Positions 1 through 11,598 of a DNA stretch of 56,402 bases are shown piece by piece. The stretch spans positions 138,667,429 to 138,723,830 of the forward strand of contig NC_068983.1 of NCBI RefSeq assembly GCF_001194135.2, written 5' to 3'. Position numbers and translations under genes: made by a program. Under the pieces are notes generated by a model. The model did not search any database. It was not told the DNA's origin and worked only from the letters and a program-made list of their open reading frames with translations. Every line of letters starts with the position of its first letter. Position 1 is the first letter of the stretch. Source of the stretch: Octopus bimaculoides (lineage: Eukaryota).

Positions 1-790
1 GATTGGTGCTTTTTGTACACTATTATACATCTCTACGGTCTGGGTTTGTTGTTTTTGTTTGTTTACTTCGTTTTTGCCGGAAATGTTACGTTTGTCCTCG
101 TGTTTTGCTATCTCAGTGTTTATATTATTATTTGGCATTGCTGTGTGACTACTATCTAGATTTTCCTGATGTATTTTTCCTTTCAATTGTTCTATTTCTA
201 TTTCTGATATTTTTTTTGCTTTTAGAATATATCTTCTTATGTTAGCTAGTTTGTTAGGGTTCATTGTTTTATCGAGGTCTATATGTACGTTATTTTTCTT
301 CCATATTTTATATGTATGTGTTGTTGCGTTTTCGTTTTTTGGGTAAAGCACTGCTATAAAATAGGCGTGTAGGATCGAAATTTATTCCTCACCTGTCCAT
401 TTATGCCGTCTTGGTTTTGTTTGCGGGACATGAGGAACAACGTCCGGTTCTTTATTTTGACGGTCATCGTTTTCGTAGGGTACCGGTTCGTTTATTTCTG
501 TTGTCAGATTGTTTTGCACGTTCAGATCTTCGTATTTTTTTCGTAACAAGCTTACAGTACGCACTTCTCCGTTGTTATTCTTGGGTGTAATAATACCGGT
601 GTTATTTAATCTGTTTGCATCATTATATTTGGAAAAATAGAAATAAATTTCAATGAGTATTACTTACTCGGATATAGTCCAACCCTTTGTCAGCTATTTT
701 TTGGCTCAATGCGATGTCTTTATTTCCGATGTTTTTGGATAAGTTTCGGAGCAGTGATTTATCGTTCTCACATGTTAAACTTCCACGGTG
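1..790 (-). mobile_element. R4/Dong-clade non-LTR retrotransposon, 5' part (UTR plus N-terminal ORF region), degenerate; runs off the left edge
   Basis: Reading the minus strand through the stop at 382-384 gives PRRHKWTGEE*ISILHAYFIAVLYPKNENATTHTYKIWKKNN...TMNPNKLANIRRYILKAKKISEIEIEQLKGKI. This matches the KWTxEEN..Y..W..LA.Q.R.I.K..LS..E.E.LK N-terminal pattern of R4/Dong ORFs. The right end abuts a (TAA)n tract. Confidence 0.72.
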
Positions 791-837
<47 letters not shown>

Positions 838-857
838 CATTATTATTATTATTATTA
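791..857. repeat. (TTA/TAA)n microsatellite
   Basis: About 22 near-perfect TTA units. Confidence 0.97.
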
Positions 858-2712
858 CTGATGTTATTTACTAAAGAAGTAAACCATTGAACGTGTCGGG
901 GCATTTCAGCGCCTTATCATCCAACGAATTTTGTGTCTCCTAAGGTGTGTATGTGGGGAAATTATTACTTTCCGGATGTCTAATGCAACCATAGGAAAGA
1001 ACTATAATTGACTTTGCATGCTCTTGTACGACTCATTCAGTTATCATACTGTTTTGCTGCCATTTCCACAAAATATCTGTACTAGAATTTGTTTAGATTC
1101 ATTAAGACAGTGGGAGCTCAGTTTTTAGGCGATAAAAATACACTGTACCAGTGATATGAAAAGGTGATATGAAAGTTATATGAAAGTGACATTTGTCTGG
1201 TTAACGAATATACACTGCCCAAATATTCTTTTCATTATGCAAACTGCCACAAACCTCTAATCCTCCATGTAAGTCTAAACATAATCTGAAACAAAGAGAA
1301 AATTCTTGAAGGTATTTTAAGGAGACTTTTGTAGCTTATTTGCAAAGAAATAGTAAATCATTGTACGTATTGTCAATTTATTGATAGGCACTCGGCCTAT
1401 ATTTACCAACATAATGTTTTTGCATAAATAAAGGACAGTGATGGGCGGTCGAATGCCTGTAGAACTTGACTAACTTAGATATTCTATGTTCTGTATTTAT
1501 ATGTAGTCCTTTAAATTTTTTATCAAGTTCCGAATGTATCTAAGTTTGTCATGTATCAGTCACGGGTCAATAAATTAAGGGCCAGTTAAATACTGATATC
1601 TATCTAATAGAATCTTCGTTCGTTATGCACGATTCTCGTGCCCTCTGCTAAATTCTGTACATTTTAGATTTTTACAGAATCGGTCGAGGGTCAAAGAAAA
1701 TACCTAACGGTATTTACTTCATCCATATTTTCTTTGTCTTATAACTTTCTACATCACGTACTTTACTCTGTTTATTGACTTATATCATCTCACTCATTAT
1801 TTGACGTTACGTTTTTGTTACAAATCAAAATTATCAGGATTTTCCTTTGATGAGTTACAAGCCTAATATTCCCATGAATACATGCTTTGATGAATTACAA
1901 ATCTTATAGTCTCACGTGCTGTATGTTGGTTGTATATGATTCAAGTAATTTTGAGAGGTAAACAAAGCCATTTGTGACACTATTTGAACACTAAACAAAG
2001 AAGAAGAAATTCATAATAATGAAGTCTTTGATATGACCTTCTACTCATTTTCAGTACTCCTTTCGTTCAGTCACATTTAAATATTAAATTGTCATCTGAC
2101 AAAATGTGAATCCATCCCTATAGAATATTTCGTTTATTGCATTATATGTTGTTATCAAAAATCGAATTCTTTCATCTCATATGGCAATATCAGTTCATTC
2201 AATATCATACTACAGTTCTGTATCTCAGAATTTGTTGATTTAAAAAAAAATATATATATAATTCAATACTTATTTAGTGGCCCTGCTGATGGTGACTCTT
2301 ATAACTAGAGAAAATAGAAAAATATAGCTGAAAACAACTTTTATTTCTGTATACGTATGTAGATCGTGGTTTTCAATATTGCTTGACTTTATCTATTATG
2401 CTGGCAGCCTCATCATCTTCTAACTTTCAGCAACCATAACAGAGACATTTTATTAGAATTTATCAACGATTCAGTTTTTAAGTATGATATAAATTACATT
2501 AAAAATTTATTTACTCAATTTAACTGGTAATCCTTTCTTTCTTCTTTTCGTGTTTTGTGCAGGACTGAGGAATATTGAAAATAAACTTGAAAGCAATATA
2601 TAGCTTTTTTTTTTTACTATAAGCCAACAAAGTAAACATTACAAATGTTAAAATAATTTAAACTACAGCAACAGAAAGAGACATGTATTTTTAGTTACAC
2701 ATATAACGCCGA

Positions 2713-3200
2713 ATGTATATACACACACCCTCTTACACACACAAACAAACACACAGATACACACACACCCACACCCATATACACACACAGAGATACACGG
2801 ACGCAGACACAGAGGCACAAACACACATATATGTGCACAAAGCATTATATATTTATAAGTGTGTCTGCTATATATGTTTGTCTGTGCATCTACATGTGAA
2901 TGCACACGCACACAGACACACTCACGTACATATACGTTTAGGAGATACTTATATCTATATCAACACAGACACCCACACACTTCCACACTTATGTTTGTGT
3001 GGTTCAGCATGTATATTTATGGATATGTCTGTTATTCCGATATATAATAAGCTTCATACTTACCTAGAGCAAACAATAAATATCATATGAAAAAATACGA
3101 TGGCAGGGAAAAAAAATATACATTTTTAACAAATCGAGCATACATACACTCGTACATACACACGTATAAACGCAGACGCACATATATAAGTACACGTATT
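2713..3200. repeat. Degenerate CA/TA-rich microsatellite patch
   Basis: Mixed CACA/TATA/TACA units; explains the HTHT/YIYI ORFs. Confidence 0.85.
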
Positions 3201-3231
3201 CAAAATTATCATAACAGTTTTGTATTGTACG

Positions 3232-3345
3232 TTTGCAAAATAACGCTTCGATGGTGTCCAATGAGAGACATCAAGTGTCTTCTGTGACAGCAAAACGGAT
3301 TATATCATAAAAGTTGATGCCGGATGAAATCTATTTCAATATACG
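3232..3345 (+). repeat. Dispersed repeat of about 115 bp, copy 1 (copy 2 at 11599-11719)
   Basis: TTTGCAAAATAA..CTTCG.TGGTGTCC...GTCTT.TGTGACA.CAAAACGGATTATATCATAAAA.TTGATG.C.GATG.AATCTATTTCAA is shared by both loci. Confidence 0.85.
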
Positions 3346-3456
3346 CACACAATATAAAAGACGATGTATACATTAACAGACACGGCTGAACAAACATACG
3401 AAGGCAATCATATATATATATGTATGCATGTGTGTGTATGTGTGTGTGTATGTCCG

Positions 3457-3493
<37 letters not shown>

Positions 3494-4201
3494 NNNNNNN
3501 NNNNNNNNNNNNNNNNNNNNNNNNNNNNNNNNNNNNNNNNNNNNNNNNNNNNNNNNNNNNNNNNNNNNNNNNNNNNNNNNNNNNNNNNNNNNNNNNNNNN
3601 NNNNNNNNNNNNNNNNNNNNNNNNNNNNNNNNNNNNNNNNNNNNNNNNNNNNNNNNNNNNNNNNNNNNNNNNNNNNNNNNNNNNNNNNNNNNNNNNNNNN
3701 NNNNNNNNNNNNNNNNNNNNNNNNNNNNNNNNNNNNNNNNNNNNNNNNNNNNNNNNNNNNNNNNNNNNNNNNNNNNNNNNNNNNNNNNNNNNNNNNNNNN
3801 NNNNNNNNNNNNNNNNNNNNNNNNNNNNNNNNNNNNNNNNNNNNNNNNNNNNNNNNNNNNNNNNNNNNNNNNNNNNNNNNNNNNNNNNNNNNNNNNNNNN
3901 NNNNNNNNNNNNNNNNNNNNNNNNNNNNNNNNNNNNNNNNNNNNNNNNNNNNNNNNNNNNNNNNNNNNNNNNNNNNNNNNNNNNNNNNNNNNNNNNNNNN
4001 NNNNNNNNNNNNNNNNNNNNNNNNNNNNNNNNNNNNNNNNNNNNNNNNNNNNNNNNNNNNNNNNNNNNNNNNNNNNNNNNNNNNNNNNNNNNNNNNNNNN
4101 NNNNNNNNNNNNNNNNNNNNNNNNNNNNNNNNNNNNNNNNNNNNNNNNNNNNNNNNNNNNNNNNNNNNNNNNNNNNNNNNNNNNNNNNNNNNNNNNNNNN
4201 N
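3494..4201. other. Assembly gap flanked by (TA)n. Other gaps: 8070-9041, 10353-10366, 14706-15569, 18254-18559, 19966-20433, 22306-22421, 25786-25995, 33447-34260, 45854-45903, 50626-50635
   Basis: Runs of N, most of them starting or ending in (TA)n, (CA)n or (GA)n. Confidence 0.99.
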
Positions 4202-4250
<49 letters not shown>

Positions 4251-5899
4251 ATACATGTATATATATATGTTTGTTTTAAACTCGAAATATAATAAGAATA
4301 ATTTTACATTATACTGGAGGATTAATCACTATTTTTGTAGAGTACATTTTTTTTTCGTTACGCATTTACAAAAATTGCGTTGACAGTGATTTCGAAAACA
4401 TTGACAGTTCAATGAATGTTAGCAGTCGGAAACTTCGAAGTCACTGTCAAAGAATAATATACCTGTTTACATATATATATAAATATATATATACGAATAT
4501 ATGTACACGTGTGTGGTTGTATGTTTGTGTATGCATGTATGTATGCATATTTGTATATATGTATATATATTCATATATTAAAAACTGAGTGCATGTCTTA
4601 TGTTAACAGTTAATATTTTCTTCGTACTACTACTTTATTGTAAGTATTTTATTTCGTATATAGTATATCTGGATTATGATTTTCCTAACGTAAATTGAAT
4701 GAAAGATTATGACCTAAAGGTGTGTTCCTGGTGAATGTTTTAAAATAAATGTATTAATTTTTCTAAGTATATCTAAACCCACTGTTATTGATGCATTATC
4801 TAGCAGAAAGTCCTCTAAATATAGAAAGTTTGAATTTTACAACGTTCACTGACTTTTCGATCGACGTGTCTTTAGTGAAATTAATGTATGTTATACAAAT
4901 AAATGTACATAATATTTATCTTATTTTACATGATGACTCCTCTAACTGCGCCTCTTCAAAGTTAATTCACAGGAACAGGACTGTGACTCCGTAAAATATT
5001 ATATTAACTATATATATATACTTCAGATTATTTTTCTGATATTGAGAAATATAGCAAATAATAAATTATTTTACATTTTCATTGATTTATTGTCAAACGT
5101 AAAATTCACAATTTCACGCAGAGCATAATTTCAAGAATATTTACATCGAGTTTCACGTTTCGACCATGGAATGATAATGTAGAAATTCGTGCATCAGAAA
5201 TATATTTGAAGGCATCCAAATATGTCGATCAAAAGGATTAGAATAAAGGATTTTTTTGAACAAATCTCAGTATTGTTAAAAGGAAAATAAGCTTGTCAAA
5301 AGCATTTAGATAAATGTAGTTCAACATGAACAGAGAAGGTTGAACAGCGACTCGTGACGAATAAGGAAGTTGAGAAAAAAAATCGAATAAGGTAACACTG
5401 AGTCAGAGAGAAAGAGAAAAAGGAGATGGAGGGGAATAAGAAAAACGGTTGAAGGAAAATAATGTGCGTCCGGTAAATGGGCGCAGTCTTTGTAAAGCGT
5501 GAAAGAATTTGTGAAATATTAACATAGAAAAAAAATATGAAATAATTTAATGTAAGTATAAACTCCAGAATAGTTGGATTGATAGAAAATTATGTGCAGA
5601 TTAATATTTTATTTAAAACAACTCGTGAGCAAAAACACAACTAGTCTTTTGGTATCGGTGCGTTATGTAAAGATTAAAAGGAAAAAAAAGTGTTTACTGC
5701 AAGTTTTTAATTTTGAGGAGGCTTTCTTGCCGAAATATAGAACTGAATCAAATCGAAGAGGCATTTACGTGCGTCACTGATGTTAAAAAAAACATGTGAT
5801 AATCGACATACCATAGGACGTACTTTTCTCAGGTTTATGTGAATTCATAAGTCCTCTTTGGGATCATACGAAAAGTAAGTTTACGAACTCTGAGGTCTA

Positions 5900-6170
5900 T
5901 AAAATAAGTACATGGAAGTAAATATTCACCACTAAGGGTAGAGGAACATCACAAGGCTTTAACACGATAAGTTATTGATAAATCAGGTATAGCTGAGCAT
6001 GTATGGAAAAATGGAGACCACCTCCCCCTGTGGGATGAAGTTAAAATAATAGACAGAGAACACCACTAGAAAATACGAAAACTAAAAGAAGCAGCACATA
6101 TGCTTGGACACAACAACCTCCTAAGCAGACCGAGTACAGATATGAATAGCATATTGGAATCGGTATAGGA
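5900..6170 (+). mobile_element. Penelope-like element, GIY-YIG endonuclease C-terminal fragment (degenerate)
   Basis: Frame reads LRVEEHHKALTR*VIDKSGIAEHVWKNGDHLPLWDEVKIIDREHH*KIRKLKEAAHM..., the R..EH...S.IAEH...H...W....II..E....R..KEA pattern of the PLE endonuclease; two in-frame stops. Confidence 0.8.
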
Positions 6171-6344
6171 AAATATATAAGAAGGATAGGAAAATATAAC
6201 ATTATTTACATTATTTACATTATTTGCATTCTTTACATCCGTCGAATGTAATTAATGTAAATAATGTACATAATTCCTCATCTCTTAAATATAGAACTGA
6301 AAGAAAATATTAGATTTGTAAGTCCTAAAATTTACTCCATAACT

Positions 6345-6420
6345 GCCCACGGACATTTGGCGTTGTGGTTAAGAGCGCGGACTACGAACCCCAAGTTCCG
6401 AGTTCGAGTCCAGGCAGTGA
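6345..6420 (+). promoter_or_regulatory. tRNA-derived Pol III internal promoter (SINE head, not a canonical tRNA)
   Basis: A-box-like TGGCGTTGTGG at 6358-6368 and B-box-like GAGTTCGAGTCC at 6400-6411 with tRNA-like spacing; the acceptor and T stems pair poorly. Confidence 0.7.
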
Positions 6421-6494
6421 CCTGAATGATAATAATAATAATCCTATCGAAAAATACCTTAGAAATTTCGAACGCAGGTTCGAAATTTCCTCAA

Positions 6495-6540
6495 GACATC
6501 TGATGAAGGCTGGAGGGTATATCGGCCGAAATATTCTGTT
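6495..6540 (+). ncRNA. Minimal type-I hammerhead ribozyme motif (stem I partly decayed)
   Basis: CTGATGA 6500-6506; stem II GGCTGG/TCGGCC; GAAA 6528-6531; palindromic stem III ATAT followed by T (cleavage site); stem I GACAT/CTGTT has a mismatch at the first pair. Confidence 0.65.
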
Positions 6541-7439
6541 AATAACAAACAAGATCAGGTCAAATATCCGTTAAATGTAAATAATGTATATAATTCCTCA
6601 TCTCTCAAATATAGAACTGCATTTCAAACCAATATATGAAATTGTAAGTATTGGTACCTGATTTTTTAAAGATGTTGTAATACGACGTGATGGAAATATA
6701 ATTGCTAATAGAGGCAACTATATTTGTTCATGGGTATTCTCCCTATTGTTTGACGAAAGAAACACCTTAGAAATCCATTACAAATCTAATTATTTTATGG
6801 AAGAAGATTTAGAAGCTGCTCTTTAACTTGGGAAATAAATAAAAATATATTTCACCTTTAATTGAGAGAGATGTTTTCAACCAGTAAATTCACTATTCCC
6901 TGAATAAGTTCTTTCTATGGTAATTACTTGACTACAGAAATAGTATCCGTTGAGTATGAGATGCTATATAACAACCCCATGTATAAAATGTACATACGGT
7001 TAAAGGAAAATTGATAGAAAATGTGATTCTACACGCATAAAAGTTCCTTTAGAGATTTGGATGGAAATTCTGTTATGACCTTGGGCATGTACATTTCATT
7101 TATGCTGGACTATGGCTCAGATTCATGTAACATTCTGCTATATACATAAAAATGCGAGAATGTGAAGTTCATACAAGCAAGATTCTGATTGTGTTTCGAG
7201 AAGATGCACATTGTAGTTGAGAATTATTCATTGTTACTAAGCATGATGTATTCTGAATTATAAATGAAGCAAACACGCATCAGGTATTCGGGCTTATGAA
7301 TTATTACTGAGCATCACACACCGACTCGAAGACAACAACCACTTAAATACATTGGATCTTAAAGTTTCCAACAAACTATTACCAGATGCCATGTGATCTG
7401 TTCAGTAACGCATATTTTCAATTCCGAAGCATGGAGTAT

Positions 7440-7510
7440 TCACGTATGTATGCATGAATGTATGTATGTATGCAAGAATGTATGTATGCATTTTTATAGC
7501 TACGCATATA

Positions 7511-7565
<55 letters not shown>
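7440..7565. repeat. (TATG)n plus (TA)n microsatellite
   Basis: Direct reading. Confidence 0.95.
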
Positions 7566-7567
<2 letters not shown>

Positions 7568-7974
7568 TCATATATAATATTAACAAAATGGTGAGTATTA
7601 ACACAGAGAAAAATCAATTTACTTATATAATAGTCAATTTCATGTCACCTCAGCAGGTTCAAATTAGCCATCTACGCTCATATTTTACAATTAAAATTGC
7701 ATTATGAATGTATGAGGTAATAATCTCTCTAGGGCAAAAGTTGATAAATATTCATTTACATCCTAAAGGATGGAGAGTTGCTTACTGACTGAATATCAGA
7801 ATGTGTCTCTGTGTGTCATTGGATTCTGTTCTAACAATAGCTAGACGTTAAACTACGGCCACAGTGGACAATGGGCAGGTGCAATCCTGAAGAATATGTC
7901 ATATTACTATTCACCCTCAATGGAAATTGGATTTGTTTTTTTGGAGGCTGGCTGCCACTCCTATCCCTACTCAC

Positions 7975-8019
7975 TATATATATTCACACATATATACATA
8001 TACATATATATATCTGCGC

Positions 8020-8050
<31 letters not shown>

Positions 8051-8069
8051 TGCGTGTATATATATATAT
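7975..8069. repeat. (TA)n-(GC)n-(TG)n compound dinucleotide repeat
   Basis: Includes a pure CG alternation at 8016-8034. Confidence 0.95.
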
Positions 8070-9253
8070 NNNNNNNNNNNNNNNNNNNNNNNNNNNNNNN
8101 NNNNNNNNNNNNNNNNNNNNNNNNNNNNNNNNNNNNNNNNNNNNNNNNNNNNNNNNNNNNNNNNNNNNNNNNNNNNNNNNNNNNNNNNNNNNNNNNNNNN
8201 NNNNNNNNNNNNNNNNNNNNNNNNNNNNNNNNNNNNNNNNNNNNNNNNNNNNNNNNNNNNNNNNNNNNNNNNNNNNNNNNNNNNNNNNNNNNNNNNNNNN
8301 NNNNNNNNNNNNNNNNNNNNNNNNNNNNNNNNNNNNNNNNNNNNNNNNNNNNNNNNNNNNNNNNNNNNNNNNNNNNNNNNNNNNNNNNNNNNNNNNNNNN
8401 NNNNNNNNNNNNNNNNNNNNNNNNNNNNNNNNNNNNNNNNNNNNNNNNNNNNNNNNNNNNNNNNNNNNNNNNNNNNNNNNNNNNNNNNNNNNNNNNNNNN
8501 NNNNNNNNNNNNNNNNNNNNNNNNNNNNNNNNNNNNNNNNNNNNNNNNNNNNNNNNNNNNNNNNNNNNNNNNNNNNNNNNNNNNNNNNNNNNNNNNNNNN
8601 NNNNNNNNNNNNNNNNNNNNNNNNNNNNNNNNNNNNNNNNNNNNNNNNNNNNNNNNNNNNNNNNNNNNNNNNNNNNNNNNNNNNNNNNNNNNNNNNNNNN
8701 NNNNNNNNNNNNNNNNNNNNNNNNNNNNNNNNNNNNNNNNNNNNNNNNNNNNNNNNNNNNNNNNNNNNNNNNNNNNNNNNNNNNNNNNNNNNNNNNNNNN
8801 NNNNNNNNNNNNNNNNNNNNNNNNNNNNNNNNNNNNNNNNNNNNNNNNNNNNNNNNNNNNNNNNNNNNNNNNNNNNNNNNNNNNNNNNNNNNNNNNNNNN
8901 NNNNNNNNNNNNNNNNNNNNNNNNNNNNNNNNNNNNNNNNNNNNNNNNNNNNNNNNNNNNNNNNNNNNNNNNNNNNNNNNNNNNNNNNNNNNNNNNNNNN
9001 NNNNNNNNNNNNNNNNNNNNNNNNNNNNNNNNNNNNNNNNNTATATATGTATATCGTCTTGTGCAAGTACCTAAGTGACTTCTATTGCATTTATATTTCA
9101 CACTACATTTTACCAGGTGCAGGAGGTGACTTTTGCCACTTGAGTCGATGTTTAACTTTCGAACCGAATATATACATATGAACACACACACACAACACAC
9201 AGCAAACACACACCACACACACACATACACACACACACACACATACACACACA

Positions 9254-9284
<31 letters not shown>

Positions 9285-9731
9285 TACACCGGTTTGAAAC
9301 ATAAGTTGACATATCCAGTGACTGAGGGATGAAATACTAATTCTGTATCTTTGTGCCTTTGACATTTCCATTGTCAAAGCAAAAAGATTAAATCCCATAA
9401 TACCAAAAGCAGCAAAAATGCGTTCACGCCTTGGCCTACCTAACAAAGGAAGAACACGTACAGGTTTGTTTACTATGTTCTGAATGCATGTATAAGCAAT
9501 AGAATAAAGGGTAAAAACAATAGAGTTAAGGGTCAGACCAGGAGTCGCCCATACATACCAGCCTCCCTTCTCCACGCCACCAATGTTATTCAAGAGAAAG
9601 GCAAAGGTCGATACTGCTTGGCACAAGTAATGCCGCAATTCCTAAACACTCAAAGCTGTCAGAATTTAATCTGTCTCGTAGTTAGATTTAGGGATGATTT
9701 TAGGTTCCCGCTAAGTGCGCGCGTAAAATAA

Positions 9732-9818
9732 ATGACTATATATTTGCGCAGAAAATTAAGTTCGACACGGTCAAGTGATAGTCCCAGACAAGGCTCTCTA
9801 AATCGAATTTCCCAAGGG
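9732..9818 (+). CDS. Tentative first coding exon, product unknown (MTIYLRRKLSSTRSSDSPRQGSLNRISQG)
   Basis: AAATAAATGA start context, 29 open codons, then a GTGAGT donor at 9819-9824, in unique sequence. No homology recognised and no downstream exon linked. Confidence 0.2.
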
Positions 9819-10300
9819 GTGAGTTGTTTCTATGTCACCTAGTAGTTGAATACTTATGGTTTGTATCTATGTACGCAGATATTAAATTTTGTTCTCCACT
9901 ACCTTTTTGAGTTTTGTGTCATGCGGGGAAAAATCATGGTGATTCTGCCCTAAGTTTCGGTTGTTAGCTGTATAAATTCAATATGTCAAGCAGCATCACG
10001 AGTTTGTGTGTAAATAGCTATTGGTGAAAGTAGGTTGTTAAAATTTATTTAGTCTCCGCTTGAATTTTTGCATGAATATATTTTCTTTTTGTCTCTGTAC
10101 TTGGTCTGTGGTGTTGACTGAACAAAATAAAGTGGAATTGGGAGAGTTATTTTTTGCACATATATCTATGTGTCCACGCATTGAGGCCTGTCTAGTACTG
10201 GAGTCTCGTATTTGTTTGCAATGAATAATTAGTATTTTTTTATGAGATTGAAATTTATTTGACCAATGTAAACCTCATTACACTCCTTGCGTTCTGTGTG

Positions 10301-10352
<52 letters not shown>

Positions 10353-10366
10353 NNNNNNNNNNNNNN

Positions 10367-10431
<65 letters not shown>
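10367..10431. repeat. (GA)n microsatellite
   Basis: Direct reading. Confidence 0.97.
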
Positions 10432-10435
<4 letters not shown>

Positions 10436-10464
10436 AAAGAATGTAATGAGATTTACATATATAT

Positions 10465-10580
10465 ATGTACATATTCCCCTGATTTGGCCTCATCTGACTA
10501 TCATCTTGCTTGACAACCTGAAAAAAACACTTAGCTGAGAACCTGTATCGCAGTGGTGATGACGTCATATGTTAAATGTC
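10465..10580 (+). mobile_element. Mariner transposase fragment
   Basis: Reads TYSPDLASSDYHL, the mariner YSPDLAPSDYHLF motif, followed after a frameshift by LKKTL. Confidence 0.6.
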
Positions 10581-11598
10581 CATGCATGGTGGTGCAAAAG
10601 TAGGTATATACTTATGAAAACAAGAAACACGTACAATACTCATTTATTTTTATTAAAAAAATTAAAAGTTGTTACGATAAAATTATTATTATAGTTATGA
10701 TAAATGTATTATTATGATTAATGACACTCAAAATATAAAAAAATAGGCTAATAATTTTATATCTAATTGCACTTTGTATGTTTGAGAAATAGGTTCATAT
10801 TTAATTACACTTTGCATGTGTGAAAATTATTCGCATTTTCCCCTCCTCCTAGTTATCCTCCCTTTTCTCCTCCCTTTCCTCCTCAACATTATCATCTACA
10901 TTTATATTAATGAAACCATCATCTTAGTCATCCTTATAATTATTATACTTACATTCTACGTATATCCCCTCTATTGCAATCTTAATCTACTATTACATGT
11001 GCTCTAACATTATAATTGTCATTATCCCCGCCAACAGTATTATTTTCAATATCACCATCATTGTCAATATATTTTCGACATCATAATCGTTACCATCAAC
11101 AGCCACAAAATCTTCGTTAGTTTACATCTCTCTCAGCATCCTTTACTCCCCATCACTATCATGTTTCTCGTCCTTATTGTTGATAGATGTTCCGTCTAGA
11201 TGCAATGATAATAGAAACAGATCTTGAAATGGTATCTATCGCTGCTTTACGTTGAAAATCTCCAAAGGTCAATTTAGTAAAAACTGAATTATAATAGATT
11301 CAGCAGAAGACAGATGTGTGTTTCTGTGTGTTTAAAAAAAATATAAGTGTGTGAGGATGGTAAAACTTCACAATGAGTATGAGGCAAAGTAACATAGTTA
11401 GCGTTATTTAGTTACATCCCTTTATGTTCTTAGCTTAAATCATGCTCCCACAGACGTTGTCTTTCTTCTTCCTATAATCGATGTAAGAAGAAGCAATCAT
11501 GTGTAACAATTGCAAAATAAAAAGCAAAAATGTTTTCGATAATAAAGAACCATATACATACACAGTTTAGAATAATTATAAGTGTTTCGTCTAATAGA

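Larger units (their letters stand above)
6254..6619 (+). mobile_element. 320-bp unit bounded by 46-bp direct repeats (Penelope-LTR/retrozyme-like SINE)
   Basis: AATGTAAATAATGTA(C/T)ATAATTCCTCATCTCT(T/C)AAATATAGAACTG at 6254-6299 and 6574-6619; a tRNA-like head and a hammerhead motif lie between them. Confidence 0.75.

Noticed and set aside
650-904. 84-aa ORF with poly-Asn
   Set aside because: It spans the TAA tract and the Dong 5' UTR; the poly-N is the microsatellite.
2530-2605. Strong polypyrimidine tract plus CAG followed by GLRNIENKLESNI* (possible terminal exon); also CTGAGGA..GAAA
   Set aside because: Too short and not linked to any other exon; no hammerhead stems form.
6345-6420. Possible genuine tRNA gene
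   Set aside because: Acceptor, anticodon and T stems do not pair properly; treated as a SINE-type head.
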